From Eukaryota sp. TZLM1-RC (Eukaryota; Protista; Metamonada: BaSk clade): a DNA stretch of 64,000 bases. The translations under genes and the position numbers were made by a program. The stretch covers positions 1,426,001 to 1,490,000 of the forward strand of contig JAUPSS010000006.1 in NCBI GenBank assembly GCA_040285825.1, read 5' to 3'. Of this stretch, positions 23,960 to 38,500 are shown piece by piece (positions within the stretch are counted from its first letter, which is position 1; each line of letters begins with the position of its first letter). The notes below the pieces were generated by a model that saw only the letters and a list, made by a program, of their open reading frames with translations, did no database searches and was not told the DNA's origin.

Positions 23960-25065
23960 TTGTTTATTAAGGTAGATGAGTCTATTTAAAAAGCTTAGTT
24001 TTTGTTTATATTTGAAAAACCCTGCTGTTTCACAACTTCCACAATGTTTCAGAACATATGCATGAACCATTGCGAATGAGTTTTCATCGGTTACCTTATC
24101 TTATATTTGTTGTTATATGTTATAGACTATTTTATTTTTTGCATAAATATGTTTGAACATTCCTATTGATCAATTATCACTAAAAAGTGTATTCAAATTC
24201 ACCACAGCTCACTTTGCATCATGCTCTGAATTGTTCGGAATTGATAACTGATTGTTCTTCATAACATGATGCTGTTAGAGGCACTGTGTTCAATATGGCA
24301 TGAACTGCCTGAATCTGGTGTATTAAAGAGCCTCTGGTGAAAGATGAACTGTCATTGAATTTTTTTAGTTGATGACAGGGGTGATATATAATGCGATAGG
24401 GTTGCGGACTCTAAAGCTGCTGTTGACGTTGTCTTCTGTAATGTGCCAAATGAGAATTAGTTTTTTGTCAATTTGAATTTTATTAAGTGTTGTAGTTCAA
24501 TAAAACAATTCAATTATGTAAGGAGGTTGAAACAATTTTTCTTCTTATTGTTACAAATATTTGTTGCGAAACTCTTTTGAGGAAATTCAGCAATTGACAC
24601 ATGGTTATAAAACACGAGATCACAATCCAAGGAATAAATTGGATTTGTTGAGTTGGCATTCATCTTAATGAATGTTTAGTGGAATTACTTCTTATTAATT
24701 AATACTAAGTAATATTTTTTGTAGTTTCCATTTTACAGGATTATAAAGATTGACTGGAGTTTGCTCAGTTGGGTTTTTTTCTGTAGTTATAAAAACATAA
24801 TTCATTTTTGAGTCAAAATCAAAAATATTTCTTGTATTTCAGTACCCAGACTTAATAGCACTCAATTTATTGAACCAACATTCCCTGTGTTTTTGAAATG
24901 AACTGAGGAGAGAATGAAACACAAATTTCAAATTATGAGCCATTTTGATAGAGCATCAGCACTTGAATGAGTAAATCGTATATGTGTAATTACGGGTAAT
25001 GTTGCTTTCTAAATAATTATTTTAAATGAATTAACGTTTAAAGATTACGGTTAACTTTATAGAAC

Positions 25066-25698
25066 ATCTTCAATTTAGATTTTAAGAATGCTTTCAATTC
25101 TGTATCTCGTTCTTCCATTTTACCTTTGCTGCAAAAGCATTTTCCTGAAGTTGAGCCTTTTTTCTATTCATTTTATGGAAAATCATCCACATTGGTCTAT
25201 GAAAACTTTGACCTGTTTTCGTCTTCAGGTGTTAAACAAGGTGATCCACTTGGTCCTTTTTTCTTTTGTCTGGCAATTCATCCATTAATGTGCGAATTGA
25301 AAGAAAAATTCCCAGAAATAGATATTGTAGCATATATGGATGACATTTCTGTAATTTTAACGCCGAAAAAAAGAAGATAAAAAAATATGAAGAACCTTTG
25401 GCACAGTTAGGTAGAGTGGAACATGTGAAATATCAGTTTGTGCCGTTTGCAATTTCTCTTTTTGGCAATATTGGACCTTCAGGGTTGCACTTTTTGAAAA
25501 TTTCAAAAAGTGTTACTGAATAGGTCTGGTAAAACAATAAACTCCACTTTCTGGATAAATAGAATTGTTTTCTGCATTTTCAAGTCTATTCCAACATTGA
25601 TTTCAAAGGCGCTTTTAGCTATTGGTGTAGAATATGAACGTAATGCTGTGAGTAGGTTCAGTAATAGTGACGCTTGTTTGGAGGATATTGAATTCTAG
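25066..25698 (+). mobile_element. CRE RT/RLE deleted fragment, L spacer 2
   Basis: Copy of 16711..17343. Confidence 0.88.
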
Positions 25699-26556
25699 AT
25701 GGTTTTTTTTATCTCAATAATTATTCCAGTTTTAAAAATAAATTAAAGTATTATAAAATTTTTTTTATAGAACTATTTACAATAATTAATCACAAATTGA
25801 TATCAATACATTCCCTCTACCACGATACTGAAAGTTTTGTTTTTTGAACTGGGTCCATCCAAACAGTGATCAGTTGGTGATACAATTTTGTTATGGTTTT
25901 TTGTGCTGTTGCCAGCATAAATTTTGCTTATTAAAAAGACGGCTTAACCTCAAGGAAATTGTGTAAATTTTTTTATTAATTGAGAAACAGAATTATGTAT
26001 ATGGGTTGATGAAAAATTCTTCCAGTATTTCCTCAAATGAGATATTTTGTTCAATAAGTACTGTGCAAATACTGTAATAAATATGAATATAATATACTAT
26101 ATATAATAATTATATTGTGCAACCTTGCCAATCCAAATGTGTTTAATATAAAGTCTTGGATCATTTGTTTTAAGCTTATTTATTGAACTCAATCAATCAA
26201 CCTGTGTCGTCTAGTATGGGAAATATATGGTTTTGAATGCTCAATACAAAACGACTGATCAGAAAATCGAATGTACGACCACTTTCTTTGAGAAGATTTC
26301 CTAAATCATTTGAAAAATTGAGATCTAAAAAAATGGCCGTGTTCTTCCTGATGCCCAAGAAGCAAAAATCTTGTTCAGTTCTTCAACTGCTTATTCTTCC
26401 TCCTGTAAGGTTTTAACTGCACTATTTTCGGTCTTTCGTTTCCTTTTTCAATGGTCACATCATTCTGAAGCAGATGAATCGAATTTCATTGAGTACTGTT
26501 ATCTCTTTGACCATTTTTTGGAAATCATTCAAAAAAGTTTCTGCTTCATCTGATAA

Positions 26557-27386
26557 TGTTGTTGTTGAACTCAAATTGAATTAGTAGGTTTCTTTGTATT
26601 TCGACTGATGACGTGATACTCATTTATGAATCAGTTTTATTAATAAACAACAGATTTCTCTCTCTCCTTCGTGTGTTCATCTGCCTAACGGCATCAATAA
26701 TTATTGGCCCTTCTTATTTCAGATGACTGTTCCCTCTGTTAACCTGACGTCTCTTTCTTCCATGAAAGTTGAAAGTGTTCTTCTGTTCCTATAGGAGTGA
26801 AAGATTTATTCTTCGGTGACTCCTAAGAAAGAGCTTGTTCCAGCAAGACTCTTGGTCGATTCTTTTCTGTTAGAGTCCCTATCTCTCCAGAAATCCGACT
26901 GCTGATCCAGTGACGATGTTCTTCTCAGACATCTACAATCTGTCGTATCGTTCGCCATGTACGAAGATTTTAGTCTGGCTATGTCAGAACTGATGCTTTA
27001 TGTCCGTATTGGTGACGTCCGAGAACGTATGTCCTGTTACCTGCGACGTTTTTTCCAGGTAAAGAGTAGGGCTTCCGGACTGAAGTTGCCAGACATAGCT
27101 TTTCTGAACCGATTTGCCAGAGGACTTCTTTTCGTAGGTATCCAACGTTCTCATACCATCGATGCACCGGAGAATTTAACAAACCCCATATCTCCCCTCT
27201 ATTGAGCCAGTACTGTATTTGTCCTCAGAAAAATGGGAAAAAGTAGTGTTGTTGTTGAACTCAAATTGAATTAGTAGGTTTCTTTGTATTTCGACTGATG
27301 ACGTGATACTCATTTATGAATCAGTTTTATTAATAAACAACAGATTTCTCTCTCTCCTTCGTGTGTTCATCTGCCTAACGGCATCA
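26557..27386 (+). mobile_element. Non-autonomous LTR retrotransposon (TRIM-like), copy 2, 830 bp
   Basis: Identical 140 bp LTRs at 26557..26696 and 27247..27386. TSD ataa (26553-26556 / 27387-27390). Empty site catctgataatcttcc at 18191. PPT agaaaaatgggaaaaagtag ends at 27246. Confidence 0.95.
26723..27205 (+). pseudogene. gag-like remnant inside TRIM copy 2
   Basis: ATG 26723 is in frame with the 82-aa ORF; in-frame stops at 26792, 26798 and 26903. It lies just after the 5' LTR, where gag is expected. The gag identity is inferred. Confidence 0.5.
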
Positions 27387-29842
27387 ATAATCTTCCATTT
27401 ATCGAAAATAGGAAAGCAATAAAAACCAGCTGTGTATTTCTATCAACATTAGCCTCCTCAGTATCTGTATCATATTTTCTATGTCTTTCTTTTGCTTTAA
27501 AATCAAGAACACTTACAGGACCAAGTTTTCCTCTGTGAACAACAGTATCATTTGCATCATTACATGAGACAAAGTCAAAAGTAGCTTCAGAATTATCAAT
27601 CCAATCACAGTATACAGCAACTTTATCACCACAACCAAAATAATTCTGAGAACGTGTTTGCTTTAGCAGAGGCTCTTTGTTACACGATATGCTTACAGTT
27701 TGTGCTATATTGAAAAGAGTGTCTCTAGCAGGATCATGTAATGAAGAACGATAAGTTATCAATTTAGAACAATTCAGAGCATGGCGCAAAGTGAGTTGAG
27801 GTGAATTCGAACAAATACATTTTTCTTTTGATAATAGTTGATTAATGGGGATATTCAAATATAATCTCATTTTTATTACAAATGCATCATTAGTAACACA
27901 CAGTCCAAATCTTCGTGGTACAATTTTTACAAAAAGTGAAGAATCTGATGACTGGCATTCACAAACACCCTTTTCCAATAACAATGAGTGAAGATTGTGA
28001 TTTAAAACAGCCGAGCTGCATATATATATTATAAAGATCAGTTTCATACATTCCAGTCAATCGTTTCTAAAATGTTCGAAGAGTGTATTTTAAATTTAAT
28101 AGATTCTTTTCTGGAATATTGCAATACAATGATGGAAAGCATCGACTCCATTTTTCTACATCAATTTTTGAAATTTCTTTATTTAATACGAAAACAGTAG
28201 AACTTTGCGTTATAAAAAATTTTCCCGATCTGCAAATATTTCGGAAAACTCAAAGATTGCGTTTTTGCATCCCCCAATAAAAACACACGAAGTCAGAATA
28301 GAAGCCCTCATCCAACTTAAACCGCCATAATGTGGACTAAGGTAAGCATGGTCTGGAATTTAGAACATTTTACATCCCAAAAATTGTGACAAAACATTTG
28401 CACCTAACTCATCAAACTTCTGAGCCAAAGGAATAGTGGAAAGAGGATTTTTAGATCGAAATATATGATTGAAGTTGGAATTAAAACACAGTCTTATAAT
28501 GGTAAATTTGATATGTCTCTGTACATCTATAGTCATCATTCGGTCAATTGTATCGGAAATTGAGTTCAACTTTTTAAACATTTTTTTGGTAATGTCATCA
28601 TTATTTCCTAAAAACGAACCCAAATGACGAATAGCATCAATTGAATATAATTCGGCTTGAGGTATAATTATAATACAGTTTGAACAACATCATGATTTTG
28701 AAGCAAATTTGTAGTCCAAATGTTGATATTCCTTTGTGCTATTTTACAAAAATCATAAGGTATTTCAATCTGTTCATGTTACTGCAGTGTTTTCAAAATT
28801 GTTTTTGCAAATGGTTAATTTATCAACTTCCATTCAGGTATTAAATAGAATTAGTTTTTTGTCAATTTAAACTTAAGTTTAAATTTAAGTGTTGTAGTTT
28901 AATAATGTAATTCAATTATGTCTGGAGGTTGAAACAATTTTTTTCTTATTGCTACATATAATTGTTGGGAAACTCTTTTGCGGAAATAATAAGCTGAGAT
29001 GAGATGTTGATGCAAGGGATTTGTATTTGATGTAGGGTTGGACGATGCGTATCCGTAACTGTTACGTTACGTTAAATAACAGTAACTGGAACGTATTCTG
29101 AGCTCCAACCGCAACAACCACATTGCTACAATTCTGGGCACAGAATCTAACCTCGAAAACAGTATAAAACTGAATGTACGACCACTTTCTGTGAGAAGAT
29201 TTCCTAAATCATCTAATCAATTGAGATCTTCAGTTCCAAGGGTACCAAAAATTGAAAATGCAATTGGAACAAATTTTATGTTTCTGTCCCTTTTTTCCTT
29301 TTTTTGTCGCTTTTTTGAAAGTCATTCAAAATTGCACTGGTTTAATTTCTCAGCAACCAAGGCTATTCGGTCTTCACCTAACAAATGAATCTTGAAAACA
29401 AAACATGCGTTTGAGATTAGGGCTGTATCCAAGTGAACTTTTGAATAATTTGCTTGTATTTGTAACAAAAAACCGTCTGTCAATTTCCGTCGTATTGTGA
29501 GTTGTAAGAAATTTCTTCAATATCGGCCAGTTCTTCATAATGCTGTTCGTGATCCTAAGAATTATTCACAGTTTGGGTTTGTACATTAAGAGTAGAACCT
29601 TTGCAGCCACCAAGTAAAATAAGCTTCGGATGAATTAACTTCTCAACTGTTGAGAAACTTTTGTGTGGAATTCACCAAGGTAAAAGACTCTAGAAAGTGC
29701 AATGATTTCAGAATTGTTGCTCGTATGATATCAAAAAGGAGCTCATGTTTGAGACTTTTCCGGAATTCAGTGTCTAACGTAAAGAAAGAAGAATGAATAC
29801 GTATAACAAAGGATATGGAGTTGTGTGATGAGATGATGATGC

Positions 29843-32688
29843 TTGGAAATGCAGCTTTTTGTACTTACTTCTGAGATGCATCGATCAAATATACTTCACA
29901 CCCTGCGCTCGTGGTTTTCTTCAGTACCTGTGGAGCAAGACCACCTAGATCTCAAAAGATCCAACCCCTTTCAATCGTATCCAAGCACTACATTTGAATC
30001 TACCCACAAGTCTTTCCTTCACACAATCTGTGGTCTTCATAATACTTTGAATCCTTTTGTCACAGAGAACAACATGAAAGCTGTTTACATTATCTTGCTC
30101 AGTGAAGAATCTGTTGAGATAGAGCCTTTCAAAACCAAATTAGCTGACCTCCCTAGTCTCCCTGATATGAAGCCTTACCCTTATAAAATTAATCTCATTA
30201 GTGCCATGTCCTACTATTTGAATTTCGTACCAGATTTTCGTGTTCATTATCTCTTTGATATAGCCTCGAAAAGATCTATTTGGATGATAGAGTTCTTCGT
30301 TAGTGACAAGTGCTTAATGATCAAGAATACAATTCCTATGCTCTACAAAAACCTTATACAAACTTACTTCAGTCGCATTGAAAATAGGCCCGTTCATTTT
30401 CGAGACCTTGATAAAAGTCAAAAAGCCCATTTTCTGAAAAATTTTCCTTCAGTTTTGCCCAAATCAGTTTCGGAGACCCGTGGGTGTGCTGTTTTGTTCA
30501 ATTCGGAGGAATTCACATCAATATTGCAACAATATTCTCATTTTGTTTACAATTTGTTTGCATATCCATTTGTAACGTATTTTGATACGGCATCTGAGTC
30601 GTTATTTAGTACTTATGAAGCACAACTTGTTGAGTTATCAAATATTAAAGCTGCACTACATGTTTCAGCCAGGGAAGATATCAATTGTGCTCCTAGTCAA
30701 GTTTCTCCTATTAATGGTAAACCTTGTTATGTTTATAAGATGGATCCAAACTTTAATATGCGTAATTTAATCAAAATTTCATTTTGTCAATTATCAAACC
30801 TAATTTTCAATTTGTTAAATACTTACGATCCCATTGTCGATTACCGCTTCCCTTTTAAACATGCGGCTCTCAATGGGCCTAATCAACATCTCTCCGTCAT
30901 TAATTTTCAACCTTTCGTCAGCGACGAAGATGCACTTCAAGCTCTAGAAAATTTTTTTCAAGGAGGTAGGGTACATCCAAGCCTTTTTTCTTATGAATGT
31001 GATCATTCAGTTCCAGTACATTCTGGAATGAAAGACATTTGCCAAGAATTTAGCGACTTATCACCAAAAGGAAAATATGTTACTTGCGTCCAACGGAAAT
31101 CACCGTGTATTGGACTAACAACTGCTATTTATTTTGCATTATCGAAATTAAACAATGTGGTTTGTTATCAATTGGAGAAATTTGTGTCTGATACCCCGGA
31201 CAAAGTATATGAAAGTCTTATCTATATTAACAGTGTAGTTTTATTTTGTAAGGATTTGCCGTTGAACAATGTACACAAACTCATGAATACACTTAGCCAG
31301 AGACACTTTGAGTTTTTTCATTTGGTGTACATTGGAAACAAGTTACCGGCCTTGAAAGAAAGGATGTTTCGATACAAAAAATACACGTATGAAATGAATC
31401 TTTATAGAGACAATTTTATTTCTACTTTGAACAAACGTTGTGATCAATTAAACAAAAAACTAGGACGACATGTTGAAAAGATTTCTTATATATAGGAATT
31501 GCATTATTTAAGAAGAATTTTTCCTTAGCTGAGACTACAGTTAAGAGTTTGCTCGATTCAATGTGGAAGAAACTGAACGATCGAGATAAAGGACTATTTC
31601 TATTTTATTGTCTTGTTTCGGTGACTGGGAAATCAGAACAATTTCCCCTTGATTTATTCACTTCTGAAAGATTTCATTCTAATTTTGAAAAGTTGCCTTG
31701 TTTTAACAGAATTATTCTCCCTGCTGTTGGAGCTGGTACAGGTCTATTTTGTATAAATAGAACTGTTGCTGAAATAATTTGTTCTTCTTCAACCAACTCT
31801 GGCGAATCAACTATTATGAATGCTTTTCGTCTTCTTTGGGATTCTGGAAGCGAAGCATGGTTTCATTCTGTTTTTATAAAGGTTATTCGAAAGTTATTTC
31901 TTAATCGAAGAGGTAAAATTAAAATTCAACCAAAAGATGCTTTTGATCTCTATTTTTAATCCGATGTACTAGCGAAAATCTTCCTTCAGAATTATTATAT
32001 AGTCAGCTTCAATGTTCGTTTTTGAAAATTTGTGCAAAAGAGGGATTCGAAGTTGAAAAACTTATAGATGAAGCCATTTGTATTTTTAACAACAGTGGCA
32101 AAATTGTTGAAAAATTTGGAGATTACGATGTGCCTGAAGGTTTTGTTAAAGAACGTCAAATTTCTCAGTTCTTCACTATTCTAGGGGATACATTCCGTTA
32201 TTTTGCTCAAAATTTGCATTCCAGGAGAGCACACTGTTTGGATCTCTCGTTGATTTCCTATCAACAGGCATTGGCTGAGGATTCCGGGTCTACTTTTTGC
32301 AGCGCATGGATTTTTATTGACATATTGTTGTTGTTATTTTTCGGGTAGAAATGATTTGGCTAACCGTTTTTCCACCAGCGAGTATCTCACACATGAGTTA
32401 TTTATTTCTTTAGTTGAAAAATCCCCAGATTCCGTCCTTCAATTTGATTCATGGTTTACGAGTATGGGAGAATTTTTGCTGTCTCACAGTTTTGAAGCAT
32501 TGTCTGATGATGAGCAACTAGCAGTTGGTAGAATATGGTCTTTTTTCTTCATAAGTAAGATGTTATCTTTTGACGATCGAAATTTGGTTTGGGATAATGA
32601 TACTGTTGCTGAGTATATCAAAATTCCTCAATCGCGACTATTGTTGCAACATGATGAAGATGATGATAATTCAGATTGTTTTACATTG
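29843..32688 (+). pseudogene. Gene X copy 5 (type A head, mosaic), 3'-truncated by a deletion into the S spacer
   Basis: Gene sequence ends ttacattg at 32688 and continues as ttgctgattttc, which matches the S spacer at 11499. Confidence 0.9.
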
Positions 32689-33719
32689 TTGCTGATTTTC
32701 ATCACATTTGCACCCTCTATTCCCTTATGATTACCCCATATGATTTCCGACAACTGGGAGTTGAACCCACAAACATTGGGATTTCTACTGTTATTTTGTT
32801 GGAGGTGGTGGTATTTGAACCTAGAACATGGTTTTGAGTGGAAATCTTTATTCTTATTTATTATTTATTTATTATTAAACTAACTGAAATTTCTCATGAA
32901 GGATGATTTTCGCTGGTTTGGGTTTTAGTTAATTATCATGTTTTTACATGTAAATGATATAATTTACCATTAACCTTAAGTTGGTTGATTGAACACAATT
33001 TAAACTTGAAATTTACCAATGCCAAAACTTAAGGTTCAGATGATCTAGATGATGAAGTTAGTGATGAAACATTAAGACCCTTGTTACAACTAATGTTGGC
33101 TTTGATGATGTAGTTGTTGTTTGTTATTCAAATGCTATTGTAGGGTTCCATTCATCATTATTATTATTTTCAATTTGAGAGTCTCCACCAAATATTGAGA
33201 GTAATTCTCTTTATTTTGAGTTTCTATTGATAAACACATAAACGACTAATTAATCATCAATCATTCTGTTTTTAACTGTTGTAAGATGATTATGGTCAAG
33301 AAAGACCTGATTACGTGTTTCTGTATAGTCTACATGTTTTTGGATTTTTGGATGTTTGTTGACAACAACCTTTTATGTGATTTAACTAGTCTTAATATAG
33401 TCTTATTAATATATTTATATATGATTTTTTTATAACTAATCATTTAAATAATTACTTTTTCGAAATGAAAAATGTGAAGCACTGTTATTATGGTGCAAGA
33501 CAAGTCTGGTTTTTGTTTCCAAACATTGTGATAAGGACAACTACCATGTGAATACAGCAACTTCACAATTATTAGAAGATTTTGTGAGAAAAAAACGTCT
33601 GAGTGAATATTTGAGTTTTATCAATTCTATGATTAGTTTTATGATTAACATACCTAATACTTCAGTACTGACAATTTGTTACAAAGGGTCAATGGACTGA
33701 GAAGAATTATTTTCCGATT

Positions 33720-35413
33720 GTGAAGGCTGTTTACATTATCTTGCACAGTGAAGAAACTGTTGAGATAGAGCCTTTGAAAACCAAGTTAGCTGACCTCCCT
33801 AGTCTCCTTGATGTGAAGCCTTACCCTTATAAAATTAATCTCATTAGTGCCATGTCCTACTATTTGAATTTCGTACCAGATTTTCGTGTTCATTATCTCT
33901 TTGATATAGCCTCGAAAAGATCTATTTGGATGATAGAGTTCTTCGTTAGTGACAAGCGCTTAATGATCAAGAATACAATTCCTATGCTCTACAAAAACCT
34001 TATACAAACTTACTTCAGTCGCATTGAAAATAGGCCCGTTCATTTTCGAGACCTTGATAAAAGTCAAAAAGCCCATTTTCTGAAAAATTTTCCTTCAGTT
34101 TTGCCCAAATCAGTTTCGGAGACCCGTGGGTGTGCTGTTTTGTTCAATTCGGAGGAATTCACATCAATATTGCAACAGTATTCTCATTTTGTTTACAATT
34201 TGTTTGCATATCCGTTTGTAACGTATTTTGATACGGCATCTGAGTCGTTATTTAGTACTTATGAAGCACAACTTGTTCAGTTATCAAATATTAAAGCTGC
34301 ACTACATGTTTCAGCCAGGGAAGATATCAATTGTGCTCCTAGTCAAGTTTCTCCTATTAATGGTAAACCTTGTTATGTTTATAAGATGGATGCAAACTTT
34401 AATATGCGCAATTTAATCAAAATTTCATTTTGTCAATTATCAAACCTAATTTTCAATTTGTTAAATACTTACGATCCCATTGTCGATTACCGCTTCCCTT
34501 TTAAACATGCGGCTCTCAATGGGCCTAATCAACATCTCTCCGTCATTAATTTTCAACCTTTCGCCAGCGACGAAGATGCACTTCAAGCTCTAGAAAATTT
34601 TTTTCAAGGAGGTAGGGTACATCCAAGCCGTTTTTCTTATGAATGTGATCATTCAGTTCCAGTACATTCTGGAATGAAAAACATTTGCCAAGAATTTAGC
34701 GACTTATCACCAAAAGGAAAATATGTTACTTGCGTCCAACGGAAATCACCGTGTATTGGACTAACAACTGCTATTTATTTTGCATTATCGAAATTAAACA
34801 ATGTGGTTTGTTATCAATTGGAGAAATTTGTGTCTGATACCCCGGACAAAGTATATGAAAGTCTTATCTATATTAACAGTGTAGTTTTTATTTTTGTAAG
34901 GATTTGCCGTTGAACAATGTACACAAACTCATGAATACACTTAGCCAGAGACACTTTCAGTTTTTTCATTTGGTGTACATTGGAAACAAGTTACCGGCCT
35001 TGAAAGAAAGGATGTTTCGATACAAAAAAATACACGTATGAAATGAATCTTTATAGAGACAATTTTATTTCTACTTTGAACAAACGTTGTGATCAATTAA
35101 ACAAAAAACTAGGACGACATGTTGAAAAGATTTCTTATATATAGGAATTGCATTATTTAAGAAGAATTTTTCCTTAGCTGAGACTACAGTTAAGAGTTTG
35201 CTCGATTCAATGTGGAAGAAACTGAACGATCGAGATAAAGGACTATTTCTATTTTATTGTCTTGTTTTCGGTGACTGGGAAATCAGAACAATTTCCCCTT
35301 GATTTATTCACTTCTGAAAGATTTCATTCTAATTTTGAAAAGTTGCCTTGTTTTAACAGAATTATTCTCCCTGCTGTTGGAGCTGGTACAGGTCTATTTT
35401 GTTAAATAGAACT
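33720..35413 (+). pseudogene. Gene X copy 6 (type B), 5' half only
   Basis: Ends tagaact at 35413 and joins directly to the B head (aaaaaaacgtctgagtg). Confidence 0.9.
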
Positions 35414-35544
35414 AAAAAAACGTCTGAGTGAATATTTGAGTTTTATCAATTCTATGATTAGTTTTATGATTAACATACCTAATACTTCAGTACTGACAAT
35501 TTGTTACAAAGGGTCAATGGACTGAGAAGAATTATTTTCCGATT

Positions 35545-38500
35545 GTGAAGGCTGTTTACATTATCTTGCACAGTGAAGAAACTGTTGAGATAGAGCCTTT
35601 GAAAACCAAGTTAGCTGACCTCCCTAGTCTCCTTGATGTGAAGCCTTACCCTTATAAAATTAATCTCATTAGTGCCATGTCCTACTATTTAAATTTCGTA
35701 CCAGATTTTTCGTGTTCATTATCTCTTTGATATAGCCTCGAAAAGATCTATTTGGATGATAGAGTTCTTCGTTAGTGACAAGCGCTTAATGATCAAGAAT
35801 ACAATTCCTATGCTCTACAAAAACCTTATACAAACTTACTTCAGTCGCATTGAAAATAGGCCCGTTCATTTTCGAGACCTTGATAAAAGTCAAAAAGCCC
35901 ATTTTCTGAAAAATTTTCCTTCAGTTTTGCCCAAATCAGTCTCGGAGACCCGTGGGTGTGCTGTTTTGTTCAATTCGGAGGAATTCACATCAATATTGCA
36001 ACAGTATTCTCATTTTGTTTACAATTTGTTTGCATATCCGTTTGTAACGTATTTTGATACGGCATCTGAGTCGTTATTTAGTACTTATGAAGCACAACTT
36101 GTTCAGTTATCAAATATTAAAGCTGCACTACATGTTTCAGCCAGGGAAGATATCAATTGTGCTCCTAGTCAAGTTTCTCCTATTAATGGTAAACCTTGTT
36201 ATGTTTATAAGATGGATGCAAACTTTAATATGCGTAATTTAATCAAAATTTCATTTTGTCAATTATCAAACCTAATTTTCAAATTGTTAAATACTTACGA
36301 TCCCATTGTCGATTACCGCTTCCCTTTTAAACATGCGGCTCTCAATGGGCCTAATCAACATCTCTCTGTCATTAATTTTCAACCTTTCGTCAGCGACGAA
36401 GATGCACTTCAAGCTCTAGAAATTTTTTTTCAAGGAGGTAGGGTACATCCAAGCCGTTTTTCTTATGAATGTGATCATTCAGTTCCAGTACATTCTGGAA
36501 TGAAAAACATTTGCCAAGAATTTAGCGACTTATCACCAAAAGGAAAATATGTTACTTGCGTCCAACGGAAATCACCGTGTATTGGACTAACAACTGCTAT
36601 TTATTTTGCATTATCGAAATTAAACAATGTGGTTTTGTTATCAATTGGAGAAATTTGTGTCTGATACCCCGGACAAAGTATATGAAAGTCTTATCTATAT
36701 TAACAGTGTAGTTCTATTTTTGTAAGGATTTGCCGTTGAACAATGTACACAAACTCATGAATACACTTAGCCAGAGACACTTTGAGTTTTTTTCATTTGG
36801 TGTACATTGGAAACAAGTTACCGGCCTTGAAAGAAAGGATGTTTCGATACAAAAATACACGTATGAAATGAATCTTTATAGAGACAATTTTATTTCTACT
36901 TTGAACAAACGTTGTGATCAATTAAACAAAAAAAACTAGGACGACATGTTGAAAAAGATTTCTTATATATAGGAATTGCATTATTTAAGAAGAATTTTTC
37001 CTTAGCTGAGACTACAGTTAAGAGTTTGCTCGATTCAATGTGGAAGAAACTGAACGATCGAGATAAAGGACTATTTCTATTTTATTGTCTTGTTTTCGGT
37101 GACTGGGAAATCAGAACAATTTCCCCTTGATTTATTCACTTCTGAAAGATTTCATTCTAATTTTGAAAAGTTGCCTTGTTTAACAGAATTATTCTCCCTG
37201 CTGTTGGAGCTGGTACAGGTCTATTTTGTATAAATAGAACTGTTGCTGAAATAATTTGTTCTTCTTCAACCAACTCTGGCGAATCAACTATTATGAATGC
37301 TTTTTCGTCTTCTTTGGGATTCTGGAAGCGAAGCATGGTTTCATTCTGTTTTTTTATAAAGGTTATTCGAAAGTTATTTCTTAATCGAAGAGGTAAAATT
37401 AAAAATTCAACCAAAAGATGCTTTTGATCTCTATTTTTTTAATCCGATGTACTAGCGAAAATCTTCCTTCAGAATTATTATATAGTCAGCTTCAATGTTC
37501 GTTTTTGAAAATTTGTGCAAAAAGAGGGATTCGAAGTTGAAAAACTTATAGATGAAGCCATTTGTATTTTTTTAACAACAGTGGCAAAATTGTTGAAAAA
37601 AATTTGGAGATTACGATGTGCCTGAAGGTTTTTGTTAAAGAACGTCAAATTTCTCAGTTCTTCACTATTCTAGGGGATACATTCCGTTATTTTGCTCAAA
37701 ATTTGCATTCCAGGAGAGCACACTGTTTGGATCTCTCGTTGATTTCCTATCAACAGGCATTGGCTGAGGATTCCGGGTCTACTTTTTGCAGCGCATGGAT
37801 TTTTTTATTGACATATTGTTGTTGTTATTTTTTTCGGGTAGAAATGATTTGGCTAACCGTTTTTCCACCAGCGAGTATCTCACACATGAGTTATTTATTT
37901 CTTTAGTTGAAAAATCCCCAGATTCCGTCCTTCAATTTGATTCATGGTTTTACGAGTATGGGAGAATTTTTTTGCTGTCTCACAGTTTTGAAGCATTGTC
38001 TGATGATGAGCAACTAGCAGTTGGTAGAATATGGTCTTTTTTTCTTCATAAGTAAGATGTTATCTTTTGACGATCGAAATTTGGTTTGGGATAATGATAC
38101 TGTTGCTGAGTATATCAAAATTCCTCAATCGCGACTATTGTTGCAACATGATGAAGATGATGATAATTCAGATTGTTTTACATTGGCAACTGTTGTGGAG
38201 AAAGACCACCGAAATCTATCTTTAGAGGCAGCTACTCTGTTTCTTTACGGTGAAACTGATTGTGAATCTGTATTTAATAATTTGGAAGATGTTTTCACTA
38301 GTAGTAGTAGTAAAAAAACTGTACACTAACTACAATGCTCCAATTATATTTTAAGCCTGATTTATTCCGATCCAAGAATTTCAACATTGTTCTTATTGAT
38401 GACCAATTTATAAATCAACAATCCTGTTATCTTGAACTAAGAGATTCCAAATATAGGCTGTGTAAGGCACAGCAGGATTCTTACATGTTCATGCCAGCTG

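Larger units (their letters stand above)
26506..28635 (-). mobile_element. Inverted CRE fragment, L spacer 2, interrupted by TRIM copy 2
   Basis: ORF 27367..28047 matches 18099..18857 up to SINGRL, then runs into the LTR. Confidence 0.85.
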
